DNA of 64,000 nt from Ruditapes philippinarum. Lineage: Eukaryota. The translations under genes were made by a program, and so were the position numbers. Position 1 is the first letter of the stretch. Each line of letters starts with the position of its first letter. The notes below the pieces were generated by a model. It did no database searches. It saw only the letters and a list, made by a program, of their open reading frames with translations, and was not told the DNA's origin. Positions 1 to 15,500 of this stretch are shown here, one piece after another. The DNA is taken from positions 62,001-126,000 of the forward strand of contig NW_026857826.1 of NCBI RefSeq assembly GCF_026571515.1, written 5' to 3'.

Positions 1-1382
1 TATGTTAAATCATGGCTAGTACCTAAAAAAACAAAAGAAAGTAGACAATGGAAAAACAAACTACAGAAAGCGTTTGACACTACCATTACAAAATTATTGA
101 ATTCTCCAATTCTAGCCTATGCAAATTATCAACTACCTCATCAACTGGTCTTGGTTTGGTCTTATTTGAACGACAATGAAGGATAGATAAAGTCATTGCC
201 TAGAAATTTAAAATCATCTGAAAAGCATTATCCGGCACATGAACTTGAATTTTGGCACTGAAATGGGTTGTTACTGAAAGGATCAATGATTACTTCTTTG
301 GAAATAAATTTGTAGTTCTAACGGACAACAACCCATTTACATACTTTCAAACGATAGCAAAAGTAGACGCACTTGGGCAATACAAAAATAAACTGAAGAA
401 TACAATACAACAATAAATAAAGATGTTTTAAATGCACTAACCTTTACGTCAGCGCACAAGAAGTACCACTTAAGTGTACTTACTACTGAAAACGTACCTG
501 AAGCTGAATCACCTTTTAAAGTACTTACTCCGGAAGATTTAGTCGAGTCAGAATCACTGTGTTCCAAAGATTGGAGAGAGGCACAACACGATGACAACAT
601 TATATCGTAAGTATTTAAATATCTCCAAGAGAGACTAAGCCTTTCGCTAAGCGAACCTCGTCCATAGATTCTAGTGTAATTAAAATACTTACTCGATTGG
701 GAGACAATGTCGTCTACCGTCGATGTTCATTGAATAATAATGAATACCTTCAACTAGTCTTACCAGCAAACCTTCCTGATATACTCAAAATACTTCATGA
801 TGACCTAGGCCACCAAGGAAGAGATCAAACTATATCTTTTTATTCCAACAAAGATTTAATTGGCGAGGTATGAATAAATTAATTGAAGAAAAGGTTAAGC
901 AGTGTTCGAGATGTATTATACGAAATATCTTACCAACTATCACTTCATTAGTAGTAAACAGAAATACCTCAGCTCCAATGGCAGTTCTTTGCATCAACTT
1001 CCTCAATTTAGAAGGATCAAAGGGTGCATTTGAAAACATATTAGTCGTTACAGATCATTTGACAAGATATTCTCAAGTTTACCCAACATATATTCAATTA
1101 GTTTAAACAACTGCAAAAGTTTTATTCGACCAATTCATTGTTCATTACATCTTTACTTTACAATAATTCATAGTGACCTGGGAGTAACTTTGAATGTCTA
1201 CTAATCAAAGACCTATGTGAGTAAGCAGGTATTGCTAATAGTCATACCACACAATACCACCGATTAGAAATGTAAAAGTAAAAAGATTTAATTCTACATA
1301 ACTAAGGCTGCTTGGAACATTAGAAAACTGTAATAAAAAAAATGACTGGAAAACTCGTGTCCCTCCAAGCGTCCACGCTTAC
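1..1382 (+). mobile_element. pol: Decayed Ty3/Gypsy LTR-retrotransposon pol fragment (RT end, RNase H, integrase), copy 1
   Basis: Frameshifted, stop-ridden motifs: EKHYPAHELEF..LKWVVTE and TDNNP (RNase H); HDDLGHQG..VKQCSRC (integrase HHCC); ILVVTDHLTRYSQVYPT, HSDLG, RFNST and DWKT..VHAY (integrase core). RH-IN order is Gypsy-type. Confidence 0.9.
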
Positions 1383-2376
1383 ATATATTATTTCGTTGTT
1401 TACATTTTTGACAGCTGTCATCTGTTTAATGATATTTATATTTGTTCTGTTAAAACATTGTAATTGTATTTTATATTTTCCGATCTATAACTATGTATAT
1501 GTGTGTGATTACTTTATTTGATCATTTGATGACCGCCATCATTGATTAATAAAAAAAAACCTTTTATGACTATAAAATACTTTGTCATCTCTCGGAACTC
1601 ATATTTCCTACAATCTGCCAACTTACACCAGGTGACATATATACTAATAGTATCCGCTTTCACAAATTCAACAGCAGGTGCTTAAAAACGTATTTAATTA
1701 CCATATGTTATTATCATTAGTATTATTATTATTTATCATGCAACTTCATAACAAATGCTTGATAACACTAACCTGAAAATTATTTTTGGTATCAGGTTGA
1801 TATCAACAGTAAGCCCTTTCAAGTACAACAATTTTTTTTTCAATAGCTAATATTCTCATTTTTATATCATCCTACTATATTACAACCTTATCTCATATTA
1901 TGAAATTTAAAGTTTTAATAGTTCAATTTGTACGGCAGCCTCAGCGCTCCGTCAAAACAGTTAAGAGACAGCCTACACTGCCTCTAAAATGCTTTTATCG
2001 GATCGCTTAAACTTTACAAAATACACAACATACAAACTGACTTTACGATTATATTTTAGTATAGTGCGGTAAAATATAACACTTCATTGCGTTGGACGTC
2101 ATATCAATAAAATGACCTCCAAGATATTCAAACATTCTATTAACGTAAGTCGTTAATCAATTGAATGTTTGCGCTCACTTTAATCTAATACTTAATGAAA
2201 AATATTACAAAATGCTGAATGATACGTAGGCGAGATTACAAGTTTTGTATTTCTAAATAGATATAATTTTATTATTGCAAATACAAGGTACATCCACATC
2301 AACTACAATACAATTTCATATGACCTTATCATAATCCGTGCCTCATGACAAAATCTCTTCTATTCCATTCTAGTCA

Positions 2377-2672
2377 TTTTAGCTCGACTATTCGACGATT
2401 ATAAAAGATACTGCACTCACAAAGCAGTCGGCATTGCCGTCATTGTCACACTTCGGTTAAGGTTTCATCGGCAAGTTTGTCAATAATTCATACACTGACT
2501 TAAGAGCATTTTAAGAGGTAAATGTTCAATAATAATTTAAATACGGATTTTGAAAGAATCATGGCCTTTCATGAAATTTATATAGAAAATTCTACATTAA
2601 CAAGGTTCTTGTTTTATAATCAGGTACTGAGAAGATATATCCGAGCATGCTGTCCCACTGACAGCTCTTGTT
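2377..2672 (+). mobile_element. Non-autonomous Helentron-associated element (HINE-type)
   Basis: Starts ttttAGCTCGAC with a decayed (gtcggc)n tract. Ends with a subterminal repeat (ccgagc), a hairpin GCTGTC-ccact-GACAGC (2649-2665) and TCTTGTT, matching the known bivalve HINE layout. Confidence 0.7.
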
Positions 2673-3424
2673 AATTAAACATTGTGTATTTCTTTGTATT
2701 ACACGCATCAATGTCGCATCTGCAATTGCCTTAACTCTTGTTATCATGATAATGGATAAGCGTGAATATCAATCACTAAAAAAACTCATCATGAGTTCAA
2801 TTTCTATTATCTTTCATTTAAGTTCATGTCATTCCAATATTTATAACCATTAAAATGAAAGACCGTAAATGGTTATATATGTGAAACATGTGTATAAGAA
2901 TAACAGAAAACGAATTTATAATTCATTAGATAAATTTAAGTTCACTATCAATTGCAGCCCAAAACAAACAATGAACGAGCTAAATGGTACATCATTTGCA
3001 AATGACACAGAATTTTATTATTTTCTCTTTTTTCTCTCTTTATTTCATTAATACTTGATATGATCTGCAATGGCAAAATATTAAATTTACAGGAAATTGC
3101 ACATTTTATGTATAATGGCAGAAGATTCATGTTTTCTCATTTAACAAATTTATTCCTAAAATCAACGTATGTTGCAAGATTGACTCCATACCTGAAGCGA
3201 TGAGTATTGAATACTGCTTTAAGCATGCTAGGGAGCGTGAACGATATCACACTTTTAATTATATCTAATAAGAAGACTCACTAAATCAGAATTTAAGATT
3301 CTAAACATTTTGTTCTGTGTTTGTTCCCTTAAAGAGTTCTTTTTATGTTTCTATAAAATGTACCATGCACCGGAACGTTGATGTGATGAAAAATAATATT
3401 TAATCTGGGACAATTTATAATCTG

Positions 3425-3593
3425 NNNNNNNNNNNNNNNNNNNNNNNNNNNNNNNNNNNNNNNNNNNNNNNNNNNNNNNNNNNNNNNNNNNNNNNNNNNN
3501 NNNNNNNNNNNNNNNNNNNNNNNNNNNNNNNNNNNNNNNNNNNNNNNNNNNNNNNNNNNNNNNNNNNNNNNNNNNNNNNNNNNNNNNNNNNNN
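3425..3593. other. Assembly gap (169 N)
   Basis: Run of N characters. Confidence 1.
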
Positions 3594-6500
3594 TCTCACA
3601 CTTACCAACATTACAACAATTATATCAACATATTTTTATGATATATATACACCTTCCGTTCCGGACATATTCCCTTTAATAATTCTAAGTATTAATTTGG
3701 AACAATGTCATATTCCAATCAATAAACAGTAATATGGTCATTCTCTTTTATATCATGTAAATGTGAACATTCTTTAATTTGTTAAATCATGACGTATGTA
3801 AAATAGTTGCTTATTTCATGAGCACGTGCTACTTTTTGTGACATGTTATTGTTCCTTTCTGGACAATGACGATTTACTTTCTCACATGATTATAATGAAA
3901 TCATGATCTCATGCCAATACCCGATAGCATTAGACAATAAAACAACAATTGGAAACCGTACAGGTAAATAAGCGTTAAATTGAAACTGTTATTGATATAT
4001 TTTGATTGATATAATCGTCAGTGCTAATTGCAAGCAATTGTTCAAACCACTTAGCACCAGCGTAAGCAAAATGAAACATTTATCATGAAATTGTTGTTAT
4101 AGCAATCACGACAAAATTTTTCATACAACAATTGTAATAAACCTTAGATGTAAATGTTACCCTTTTGTGTCATCTGGTAAAAAGAGACATATTACCATGA
4201 ATCTAAAGAGTGCGTGTGAGGCGGAACAAAAAATAATTATATTTTGAGAAGGCATCAAGGTTATAAACTCTATGCATCACAGACAGCTTCCAAAAGACAA
4301 ATTAAAAAAGACAACATAACCGTGGAGTGATTCATCACTTTTCAAGTAAGGATGAACAATACACTTTAATTCATCTATTTTTTTAATGTCTACATTAGTC
4401 ACCTTTGGTACATGTAAAGCAATTAATTGCAAAAAGCTCTCATTTCAAATAAAAATAAATAGATAAAAATATGTATGACAATGATAACGTATTAAAATAT
4501 CACAATATCGCAATGTACACACCTGGGTAACGGCAGCCTTAAAAATATCACAAAGAACTACTTAACTGTAGATAAATCAAAGAAAAGGCTTTCTAAATTG
4601 TCTTAAATGCCTTTTAAGTTTTAGTGAACTTAAGACCAGGTATTGCCACTTTAAGCCGCTCACATCTTTGGATCTTGTTATTTTAATACCATTAGTTTAG
4701 AATAAATAAAATGAACCTGATGGCTTTTATTAATTTATCAAATAGGGCAATGAACTTACCGGTACAAAAGTAAAAACAAATATTTGTGTATGAAAATAAT
4801 GTTTCGAATTCAAAAGAAGCATTATCTGGGAGGCTCCTGTGGGAACGTGAGAAGTTAATCATATAACATTTTTTCTAATTTTTCAAACAAATGAAAACCA
4901 TACTAGAATATGATATATTATAACTTAGATTACTAAACTTAACAAATACTAGTAGTGAAAATCCGACTTGCTAAAGAACTCTCAAACGGTGCAATTGAAA
5001 ATGTCATAAAACGCTATTTAAACCATATAAGAAAATGATATAAACAAAATAATTACACAGAATGAACGTAAATGGCGTATCTGGAAATAAATTAATGAAA
5101 AGGTCAGGTGAAAAAAATCGTCTGGCCACAAGGATAAACAACAGACTCCCAGTAATAGACATAAATTGGTTGTTAATTTTATTGGCTGATTTACATGAAA
5201 ATTCTGGGAAGAAGAAAGATATTATAAATCAATAATAATGTTCTGAGGGTTTGATATAATTGTACTTGTTGATGGAATCGCAAACATTCTACGGATTAAT
5301 CATATATCGAAACAAAACAATATAGAAACGAATGGAAATCTTATAGCCCGCATTTCATAACTGATGAATATGTTGGAATTATTTTTTTTAATGATTCATT
5401 CATTAAATATTGTCTAGAGCGGTGTCTTTTTCTTCGTGTGTGCTTGCGGCACAAGAAATGCTGCAAATTCCAAACTCTTTCACTGCTGTCCATACTAAAC
5501 AGGCATAATAACGGCAACCCTGCAACATTTTCAATTTTGACTATTCTGACGTTCTTTTAAGGAATCTATTGCCTTTTCGTGTACGTTACTATATAATGTT
5601 AAGTGTCGACCGAACGCAAAAGCCGCCATTAAAAGTCGGTTTCTTTTATTTCAAATTTTGAAAAAATTCCCGTCCGTGATTTGCGTTATGTGTTCTTCTG
5701 GCTTTTTGCCGGTGGTCCTGTATTGTTTGGTTTTGTTGGGAGATGCATTAAATGAATGCCGTTTTTCTTTTGAGCTTGTTTATTTTTTTCTTCATATTTT
5801 TACATAACGGTAGCTAGAAAATAATTTTCACGAATGGTATTTAAATGCCAAGACCTTTATTGAGATATTTTAATGAGACTGAAAATGTTATTTTTTACCA
5901 GCCATTTTCACTTATTTATTTATTTCAATTGGGTTATATATAAAATGTATTAGTCCGAGCTATCCATTTATACCTTAAAACTCGTTTCTGTCAAAAATTT
6001 ACTTATTTGCATCATTCGCCATTACTTTGTTCAGATTCATATGTCACAGAAAACACGGGTTGACCATGTAGAGGCGATGGTTTTACAGGGTTTACCTGCA
6101 TTTTTGAAATGCATTTTGACATATACTCGACTAAGGAGATTTTTAATCAAAGAAAAAAACAGGAACTATGACTGTCGGAGGGGCTTTGCTGATTTTTAAC
6201 TACTGATTTAGGTACAAAATTTAAGTAAAAATATTTTGCAATTTTAAATTTTTCATTTTAAATTTTTTACATTTTTTAAAGCATTATATTATAATACTTA
6301 AAGGGTAACAGTTTACTTTGGGATTTTAAAAAAAAGTAATTTATAGTTTAAAAATTAGGGAAACGAGTAAAACCCCTTTCCCAAACTTTAAACTTTGGGG
6401 AATGATTAATTTTTAAACGCTATATTATGTTTTTTGGAAAAGGAATAAACTAGCAAAATTTAAAACCCCTAAAAAGTTTTTTAAACCGTAAGCTGCGCAA

Positions 6501-9500
6501 CTCGTTCAATAAGATTCTTCATAGCAATAGCATTGCCTTTTGGAGCAGCAGTTTTGGGTTTATTGGGACAGGGGTCATGTGTTAACACATTTTCGGTTAG
6601 GATATACAAAATTAATCAAACTGAAGGCTAATACATAAGAATTGCAAGTAATTTTCAGTTTATTGCGACAATTTATTTATGATAAACTTACAGGTTTGTC
6701 ACGAAGACATAAAGAATCCAAATTATCACCTAAAAATTCTACGGATAAAATTGCTTAAGGTGTCGACCCACTCAATTGTCGTGTTCTTTATTCTATAATA
6801 AATTAGTCAAATTTAGGCTAAATTTGGGGTTTGGCCGTGTATTTGCTTCAGAAAAATTAATATTTTTTGTCATCCCTGTGATCAGTGTCCAGTGCGTAGA
6901 ACATATTCAATCCTTCCGCCCAGAAATGAGGTCCTGAAAAATATACACAAACGTTTTTAAATGCATCAGATACCTCACAAAAGCTATACAAATACAACAT
7001 AATATACACTTAAAATATCACTAATCATACTAGGAAAACTTAAAATCGGAGCTGTTCAAAATAGTAAAGAACTATATCTCTTGAAATGTGAAATCTTTCA
7101 AATACTCTCAGATAATGATTTGAATCATTTAACAGTTAGTAACCTAATAGATAGATATTATGGTATCATGAAATATATATCAAAACGGGGAAAATTAAAT
7201 TTTTAGTTTAAACAACTTTTTATTTCAATCAGACATATATACGCAACATAATTACAATCAAATGCAAAAAGGATTGAGTAGAAAGCTACAAGCTTTTTAA
7301 GAAACACTCCCCTTAAATTAAAAAAAATCAACGTTATTGGCGTTCAAGGTTTTGCTAACATGTTATCAAATAAAAATAATGCTTTAGAGAAAAGAACCAA
7401 ACCTACAACTTTTAATATGTCAATTCACTAGAAAATATAATGAATTTAAAGCCTATGTAACTTTGATATAACTGTAGCTAATATGATACTACTTTGATCA
7501 AGTCAGACAAGTCTTTCTACAATAACTGCAAATTAAGTCAATTAACGTATAACCAGGAACATATAGCGAAGTAAATAAACGTATTTACTTGGGATTATAA
7601 GAATAAAATGACTAATTCTGTTATTTAACTATTTTTCTTGCCATCAGGACTCAAATTAATACATATTTTTCATGTATGCTTTGGAAATGATTTATTTAAT
7701 AGGTACATTAAACATCGGAAATGGTAATAATTTCTCTCCTCGCGAAAGGGCGAACATGTGTTGAAAAATATTTAAGAAATGATATCGGTTTGGAGTTTTG
7801 ATGCGTAGGAATTGACCACGAAGGCCGTAGGCCGCAGTGCTATAAGTTTAAAGGGTTATAATATGTTATATGATCACTTATAAACACTGATATGTAACAC
7901 AAAACTCGTCTTGCTACCTAAACTTTCAATGCTCATGAGCTATTTGATAACAGATCTCTTTTCATTCATGTAATCTTAAACTTGCCGAACCCTGGTGTTT
8001 ATTTTGCGCAAAAGTATCGATGTGTATCAATAACTTGGCATTAATTAACCTTAAGTTGAACTTATAGACTTTCAAGTTTAAATGCCATCAATTATGTCAA
8101 AGCATTAGAAAAAAATGATGGGCTTTAAAAACGGAAAACAAACAGTCTTGAAGACGACAAAAAATCATTGTTAATAAAAGCAACTGACTGAAGTGAGTAA
8201 AACCTTCTTCTGTTTTTGTCAATTTGGACAGGCGTGGCTGATATGGGCTGGAATATGCCAGCATGTTAAGCTTCTTCTGCCCATGATAGTAATGCAGGAC
8301 CTCATAAAACTGATATATTAGAAACATCAACAGTAGAATGATTATTATGTTTTTTCTATCTTTTCATTGATATTTTATTGTAGATAAATAAATAAATGTA
8401 GGGCATTTATGTTCAAAGTTGTTATTCTTGAAATGTCACCGCCTTTGATATGTGATCATCAACTTGAAGATGGCGCCTTAACTTGATTGTTTTCTTTTTG
8501 TTTTTGATAATTGACAGAACAAAACATTACAGATTTTAGAGAAAGACATCTATCAATCAACCAAAAACAAACTTTAGCTATATATATATGCGTCCTGTAA
8601 ATTTTCTTTCACTTTGTACCTGTTATTGACTTTATCACATTTTAAAACTATATGCATTTCTGAAATTCTTAAAATTAGGAAATATTCTATATGCTACTAT
8701 TTCAAACTATTTCAAATCAATTTCTTTCTGATTTATACATTGATTTTTCAGAAGAGACTTGTTGCTTATTTTCCAATATTAATTATTTCATAACAATAAA
8801 GGTCAATAGCTAATGATCATTACACAATATCACTTCAATCATTAATTGGTATGTTCTTTTGGTAAACACTTTCGGTAAATATTTTAGTAATTGATCTGTT
8901 TAAAAGATGCCCTTCAGTGAAATTAGTTAATTAGCGTAGACTGATAAAACAATATTACATTTTAGCTTTTGACAAACCCTAATGTAACCGTTGTTTAAAC
9001 ATTCAAGTAAAATACAATATTAATTTCAATATTTCTCAAATCTGAAGCGCAATACGTCATTTATCTCTACCTTCAATTGTACTTCAGAATAGAATACTTC
9101 AGAAAAAAGTAAACATTCCATTTTAGAAAAACTCGCAATTGCAACGCAATTACATGTTTTGAGAAGAGCTTAAGAAGGGATCCAAATCCACTTTGTTATT
9201 TTTATATCACGAAGGGGAATAGTTTTAAACAAAGGAGACTAATAATATAGTCTTTTTAAGGAAACACCGCTTTAATGTGAGACAGCCAATTGAGTTTCTA
9301 TGAGAATTGGTAAAATGAAAGCGTTTTACCAATATGCACCAAAAAATACATTGAACTGTTAATGAATATATTGGATATTGATATGAAAATATATGGTCTG
9401 AATAACATTCCATTCCAAATCAAATTCATTTGCTTTTTTGAAGTATTTTACAAAATGTGTGCGCCTTTGTTTCATGTTTTTGATAATTTCTTTGAATTGT

Positions 9501-9516
9501 GATAGCGCATTTGATA

Positions 9517-12500
9517 TTAATTGTTATTGATAATTGCTCAAAATCTAAATGATGATTTAAATCACAGATTGTTTGATTTTTAATTCATTTTTCTATTTGA
9601 ACAATGACTCGGAATTAGAAAATCGATTGAAATATCTTGTAGACATCATTTGCATAGATAATTAATCAGGAAAGGCTCTTATTCAAGTAATACCCGAGTC
9701 ATAAAGATTGTTATCATTGCATGATTGTTCGTCACGAATAAAACGAAAATCTACGAAATCGTTTTTGAATACTTGAAAATGTTTAAGTATATACATTTAG
9801 TAATGAGTAAGCAATGTCAAGGTAACTATGTGTTTAAGCAGATTGTAGAGGTTTTTACGACTGTTCTCCTATAATCTTCGGCAAACTGAAAAAAAGTAAA
9901 TGACTCGGCATTCTTTAAACTGTTTTAAAGTAAGATTTTGCTACTCCTAGTGAATGCATCTGCGTAGTTATTAGAAACAATATTGATTGAACAATATAAG
10001 AAACAATACAGTAGTATATATAGTAATATCCTGTTTGTCGCATAAATATTATTTGTTTTCATCTTTTTCGACGGAGAGGGTTACCAAGTCCAAACACTTA
10101 CCAGATACAATTTGCGAGTGTTTACTTGGTTTTACTGATGTATGTAAACAAAATAGTACGGCAAAAACAACATCAACAAAAAACAACAACAAAAACAAAA
10201 AAAACAACACTTAGGTCTCCGTGAGAAATAAAAATAATTCTTAATAAATGAACCTTGATTTGTCCATCGTTTCGAATTCGAAACAACTTCTTTTAAAATC
10301 TTTAAGCAAACGATTGTTATAATAAATTTAGAAATGAATTTATTTTGCCCATGTATTATTTCAACAGACATATTCGCTTAATAAAAGTCACTCGAGAATT
10401 GTTTTACATTTGATAAATACGGCACATTTCACCGTTTCATTAACACTCGAATGAATTGAAACGTCTATTTCAATTTCAAAGTGAAATGTCTTTGCACTTG
10501 GTATCAATAAACTTGATTGAATTTAGCGTTTGGTTATCTAAAGCTGATAATATAACTTCTACATCATAGTTTATATATGGTGATTAAATAGGTGAACATT
10601 TTCATTTCCTATGACTTGCTAATATTTTAATTAGCTTTATTTAGAAAAGCAAAAATTAAGAGATATTATAATTAGAAGAAGTTAATGCAAAATTAAAATT
10701 TTCACAATTGACAAATGCAGTTAATAAGTAATAATTCCTTACGTTTTAATACAACATTGCTTTCACTGTGTAACTGTCATAAAAGTTTCTTTTAATCAAT
10801 TAAATGAAAAAAATGAAATTTAATCAAAATTTGTGACACCCTTCCAAAATCTTAGGATTAAAAGGGGAAAAAAGCACGATACCTCAATTCAAAGTGAAGG
10901 ATTGTTAACTCGAGTGTAAGGAATAGAACAGTTAATCTGTGATAATACAAGATTATTTCGTTGTTTTAATAGCGTTATCGGTTGTTGTTTCACTTTTAAT
11001 TTTACACAAATGATACATAAAGCCAAATTCTAATTTCATTAAAGTTTGTAAAGTTCAAGCCACTTTTTAACGCTTTAAAGTGAAAATGCTTTAACATATC
11101 ACTTTTAATGAGGGGAAAAGCACAACGTAAATTTTGCTGTTAATAAGATAATATTATGCAGAAACTAGTCGATTTTATAGGTTTGACATTCATGTCAATG
11201 GCTTGTCATCTACAACAAATGGTAAATATGTTATTCGCTAAATTGGTTAAGTTGAAACATTTTTTTAAGATCACGCTCAAAGCAAACAGTATAGCTTTGG
11301 CTATCCCTTACTAGAGAAAACATTATAAAAAGTATTTGATTAGTGTAATGATTTATACATTACAGCCTTAAAACAATTTCATTGTTCATCAACAATAGGC
11401 TTAATGGTGTGGGATCTGTAAGTCGATTACCAGAGTATAATTGCCGCTTACTTTGTTATAGTTAACAAAACAGGAATAATATAAAAGATAAATGCTATTT
11501 CATTGTCAGGTCAGGAAATAACTTTACGAAACATTTCGTTTCCACTTAAGAAACAAATGAATCAGGCAAAGGTCAGCCGGTTAAAACCATACAAAATTAA
11601 AACTTACAAAACAGGAATAATATAAAAGATACATGGATAGTTTTGACATTCTTTCAATCTTTACAACTTTTCTAAAAACGTATCAATGACACGGCCTTTA
11701 ATTAATTTGACAATAAATTGCTTTTCATAAAGATCCCGGGGTTGTCCAAACATTCTTTGAGTACAGTCCTTTATAATTAAGATAATTAAAAGTTTTTTCG
11801 AGGATGGGGTAGGGATAAATTCTAAAGACATTTCGTTAATACGTGGGACGGATGCAAGCATAGTTTAAGAATCTTTTTACTTGTATTTTTCTTTTGAGAT
11901 GATTTGGATAGTGCTGTTCAGACATAGTTCTAGTTTCAAAAACATAATTGGCGCTTTTATGTAGTAACGGCGCTTTTATGTAGTAAAGAGAGGTCTTGGT
12001 AACGGGTCTGATGCCTTTAATGTCTTATATACTACGATTATGCTAAAATTTGATGTTTTATCGTTGGTCCTTTGCTAATTAAAAGTTTATATATCGTTTA
12101 AACGGGATATCATTAATTAATGTTCAAAGCATTGCGATAAACCATTACAAGCAACACCGTCCACATATAAGTAAGATATGATGCCGGTGTCACATTACGA
12201 CATTTACAGAAGCGGACCCGTCCTGTCACAGTATAAAACGAGTAATAGAATTTTAGTGTCGTACAGCTTCCCCTTTAATTTCAGCAACTGCAGAGATCTA
12301 AACAGACATTCGTCTAGGTAGCATTTTATGCGGCTCTTCTAAAGGTATGCAGTACACAGCTGATCATTCCTTTGCAGCCATTTTAACGCATGCATAAAAC
12401 CTCGATTGTTGCTACCCTGTTATGATTACCTGTATATCTGTTTGTGCACATCATACATAAAATTGCACCATGAAATAACTAATAACTTATTGTATGTATA

Positions 12501-15500
12501 GGAAAAGGTTATTATAGACATTCTGCGGTCAAGATCTTTATTGTTTTTCTTTATTTACGAGTTAACAAGGCAATGTTCTTAATAATCATGTAATAAGTTA
12601 CTAAAGGTAAAAATATTCTCTTCGCCAACAATTATGAAACATTTATTATAAGTAATTGAAATATCTAATACCTTGTCTTTGTACGTTACACTTTGTTTAA
12701 AACTTTGAAAAAACACCTTTTGACTTGGGGAATATAGCCAAAGAACAGCTGATGCTGATGTAAGATATAAACATATTTGATATACAGTGCAATAATCCGA
12801 GTTTGTGAAATGGAAATCATTGGCATTTTATTAATTAATATGATTGTAAAACCTTTGCAAACTTAAATATCTGCAAACTTAAACCACAAAGCATTACTGA
12901 TGAAATGCCTTTTTTCCCTGACGATTTAGATAGCGTTGTCGCAGTCTTGGTTATTATTTTTGAGATAAAAACCCAACAAATTAATAGTAACAGCTGAAAT
13001 TCCAAAGATTCGCTGTACAAATATTTGATTGTTTGTACACACAAACTGAGAGGGAGTGGGATAATTGATAAGCATTACATGACAATGAACTAAGACAGTC
13101 AATTCGTTTAGTAAAATTAGAAATAACTTCAGACTAAAGATGAAGAAATTCTTTTTATTCATACTGCAATTTGTAACAATATTAACAGATATCCGTTTTA
13201 TTTTAAGGATCGGTTTACGTTTATTTTTGTTGTCAACAATTGATAAAGAAAAATGTTTCATGATACAAGATATAAACGATCTAAATTATTAAAAGACTGC
13301 CCCACTTTTTTATGAATTACATATTTCCGATAGGTTTTTAAGGATATTTATAGACATTTCAATTGATCATCTATATTACTGTTTATTTTTCATGGTAAAA
13401 TCTAAAATTGAACACGTCAAGTTATTGTTACCTGTTCACCGATCAATTTATAATGGATTTGCATAATGTCGTATTAAATGAAGGTGATATTCTTACTGCT
13501 CTGTCTTCCCTTAATATATAGAGTACTTTTGTTATGGTCATTTGGTTTACCGTTCATATGTATCTACATGAGCATTTCTGTGATTTTTTTATATCACCTT
13601 TTGTAACAATAACAACTGTCAGAATTTATTTTATTTACACTTTCTTGTTTAAAAGAACCATACTGGGGGTAAGAGTAAGGTTAAGTGCCCCATTAATCGG
13701 TTTAAACTCTCCAGAAGTGCTTATGTTGCTGATCGTCCCTCTATGTTTCTTAGATATATGTGAAGACTCCATCAAACCGAGTCTACAATTTCCATGCCAT
13801 TTTTCTGATGTTAATGCTTTCGAGGGATCACGTTTCCATATAAAGGTTAATTGTTACATACAATTGTGGTGACACTTGTTTCGTATTCGATAAGTGTCAC
13901 TCCTTTCTCTTAAATTTTATTTTTTTCAATTTTGCCCTCCATCTGCCTCCTCTTCCCCCTTGTCCTTTGTCTTTTAATTGATTTCCATTAATTGATTTTA
14001 ATTAAATTAATCATCTTTCAAATTGGTAACATTTTAAGTTTCTATGATTACTTGTTTTGTTATGACATTCCATCCGTTTTTTGTTGTTTTTTGTCCCTGT
14101 GCCCTGTTCTGTTAAGTGTCATGCTGGTCCTGTGTTAAGAGATGCGTACATTTAATTCCGTATTTCCTTGTTGGTCTTGTTTTCATATTCTAATTAATAA
14201 TAAATCATGAAACAATGCACAGAAGAACCCCTTATCTCTTTACTGCCAGGAAAACCTCGAAAGTAATCATAAGGTATGACCTTTGCGGGTACTATGGCAA
14301 AAGTTGTCAATCATTAAGATGATGTATTTAGTACATTCATCATAACTGTGCAGAAACAAGAGATGTGTCATATTTATGATTCAGATCAATAGTTTATACA
14401 CATACAGGGATACAAGGCATGAGTAAAGTACACGTTGATATTGAGGTGTTTAATGTGTTGAATTGAATGATATGAATTATGAATGACAAGTTGTTTTCTA
14501 TTTCCTATAAACATTTTAAAATATATATTTCTAAAAACATATTATTTCCTGTAAAAAAGATAAAAATTCAACATATGCAATTGCATTGAGTCATGTAAAA
14601 TATTAATGTTCAACACAGTCATGCAACTGTGAAATATCAGTAAGCAGGTTTGCAGATATTGGCTCAACATTTGGTAAATGTCTTACACTTATTATTATTC
14701 ATAAACATACTAAAACATACATATTTATCAAACCAGGAGTATTTTTCACACATTATATTTTATCTCATTGCATATACAACGGCAGAAAATAGACGACTTG
14801 CCTTAATTTCATTGCTATAATTTTATATATGCATCATGTCAAAATATCCTTAATCAAAATTGTCATTGTTGTTTTTATTCGTCTTCCTCATAAACACGCC
14901 AATACGGGAAATTAGTTCCTTCACCTTCATGTCATTTGATATTTTATATTCATTAGAATGTAATATGACTATCACTTCTTTAATTCCGATTTTTATTACC
15001 CTGATTTAATGTAGTGTATTATTCCAATATGTTTAAGGAATCTCTCTGTTCCTCAGAAGAATTAAAAAATAAGGTCAGTTGTCATTTGACATTAACAAAT
15101 AATTATCGGGATTTGGATGCAAGAAATACTTTAACAAGATGTTGTATGAATAATAAAAACTTATTTATCTTTAGCTTCAAATTGTTTCTAATTTAACAAA
15201 ATGTAATCGTTGTCTAATTACATTGTCTTGGATAGGCTTATTAAACGTTCTCTCCCACTCAATATATGTGTACAAGCAATCAAATATTTGCAAATCTCTC
15301 GAGTATTTTTTTATTTTTTTCTTTTTATCTCTTTTTTTTATCTAAAAATGAAGATAATCAAGACCGCGGTAACTGCTATCTTAGTTATCAGGGGGAAAAG
15401 GATTATATACCAGTAATGCTTTCTGGTTTAAGTTTGCAGATATTTCTGTTTGCAATACTTTTAAATTCATATTTATAAATAAAAATAACACTCCTTTAAA

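Larger units (their letters stand above)
1..8490 (+). repeat. Old segmental duplication, copy A (partner 26425-32720)
   Basis: Collinear blocks: 1-2025 ~ 26425-29400; 4033-5370 ~ 29402-30530; 7081-7770 ~ 30982-31655; 7935-8490 ~ 32180-32720. Roughly 80-85% identity with large indels. Probably extends left of the window. Confidence 0.92.

Noticed and set aside
5400-7080. Segment unique to duplication copy A, with many expanded homopolymers (aaaacccc, ttttggg)
   Set aside because: It looks like poorly polished gap-fill sequence over repeat fragments; no ORF or termini can be supported.
8097-8330. ORF with a similar partner at 32350..32571
   Set aside because: Explained by the segmental duplication; no codon-level conservation pattern or known domain.
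13534-13872. 112-aa ORF with a near-identical partner at 21787-22222
   Set aside because: The similarity comes only from the tandem duplication; the partner is frameshifted and the ORF overlaps a repeat-like fragment.
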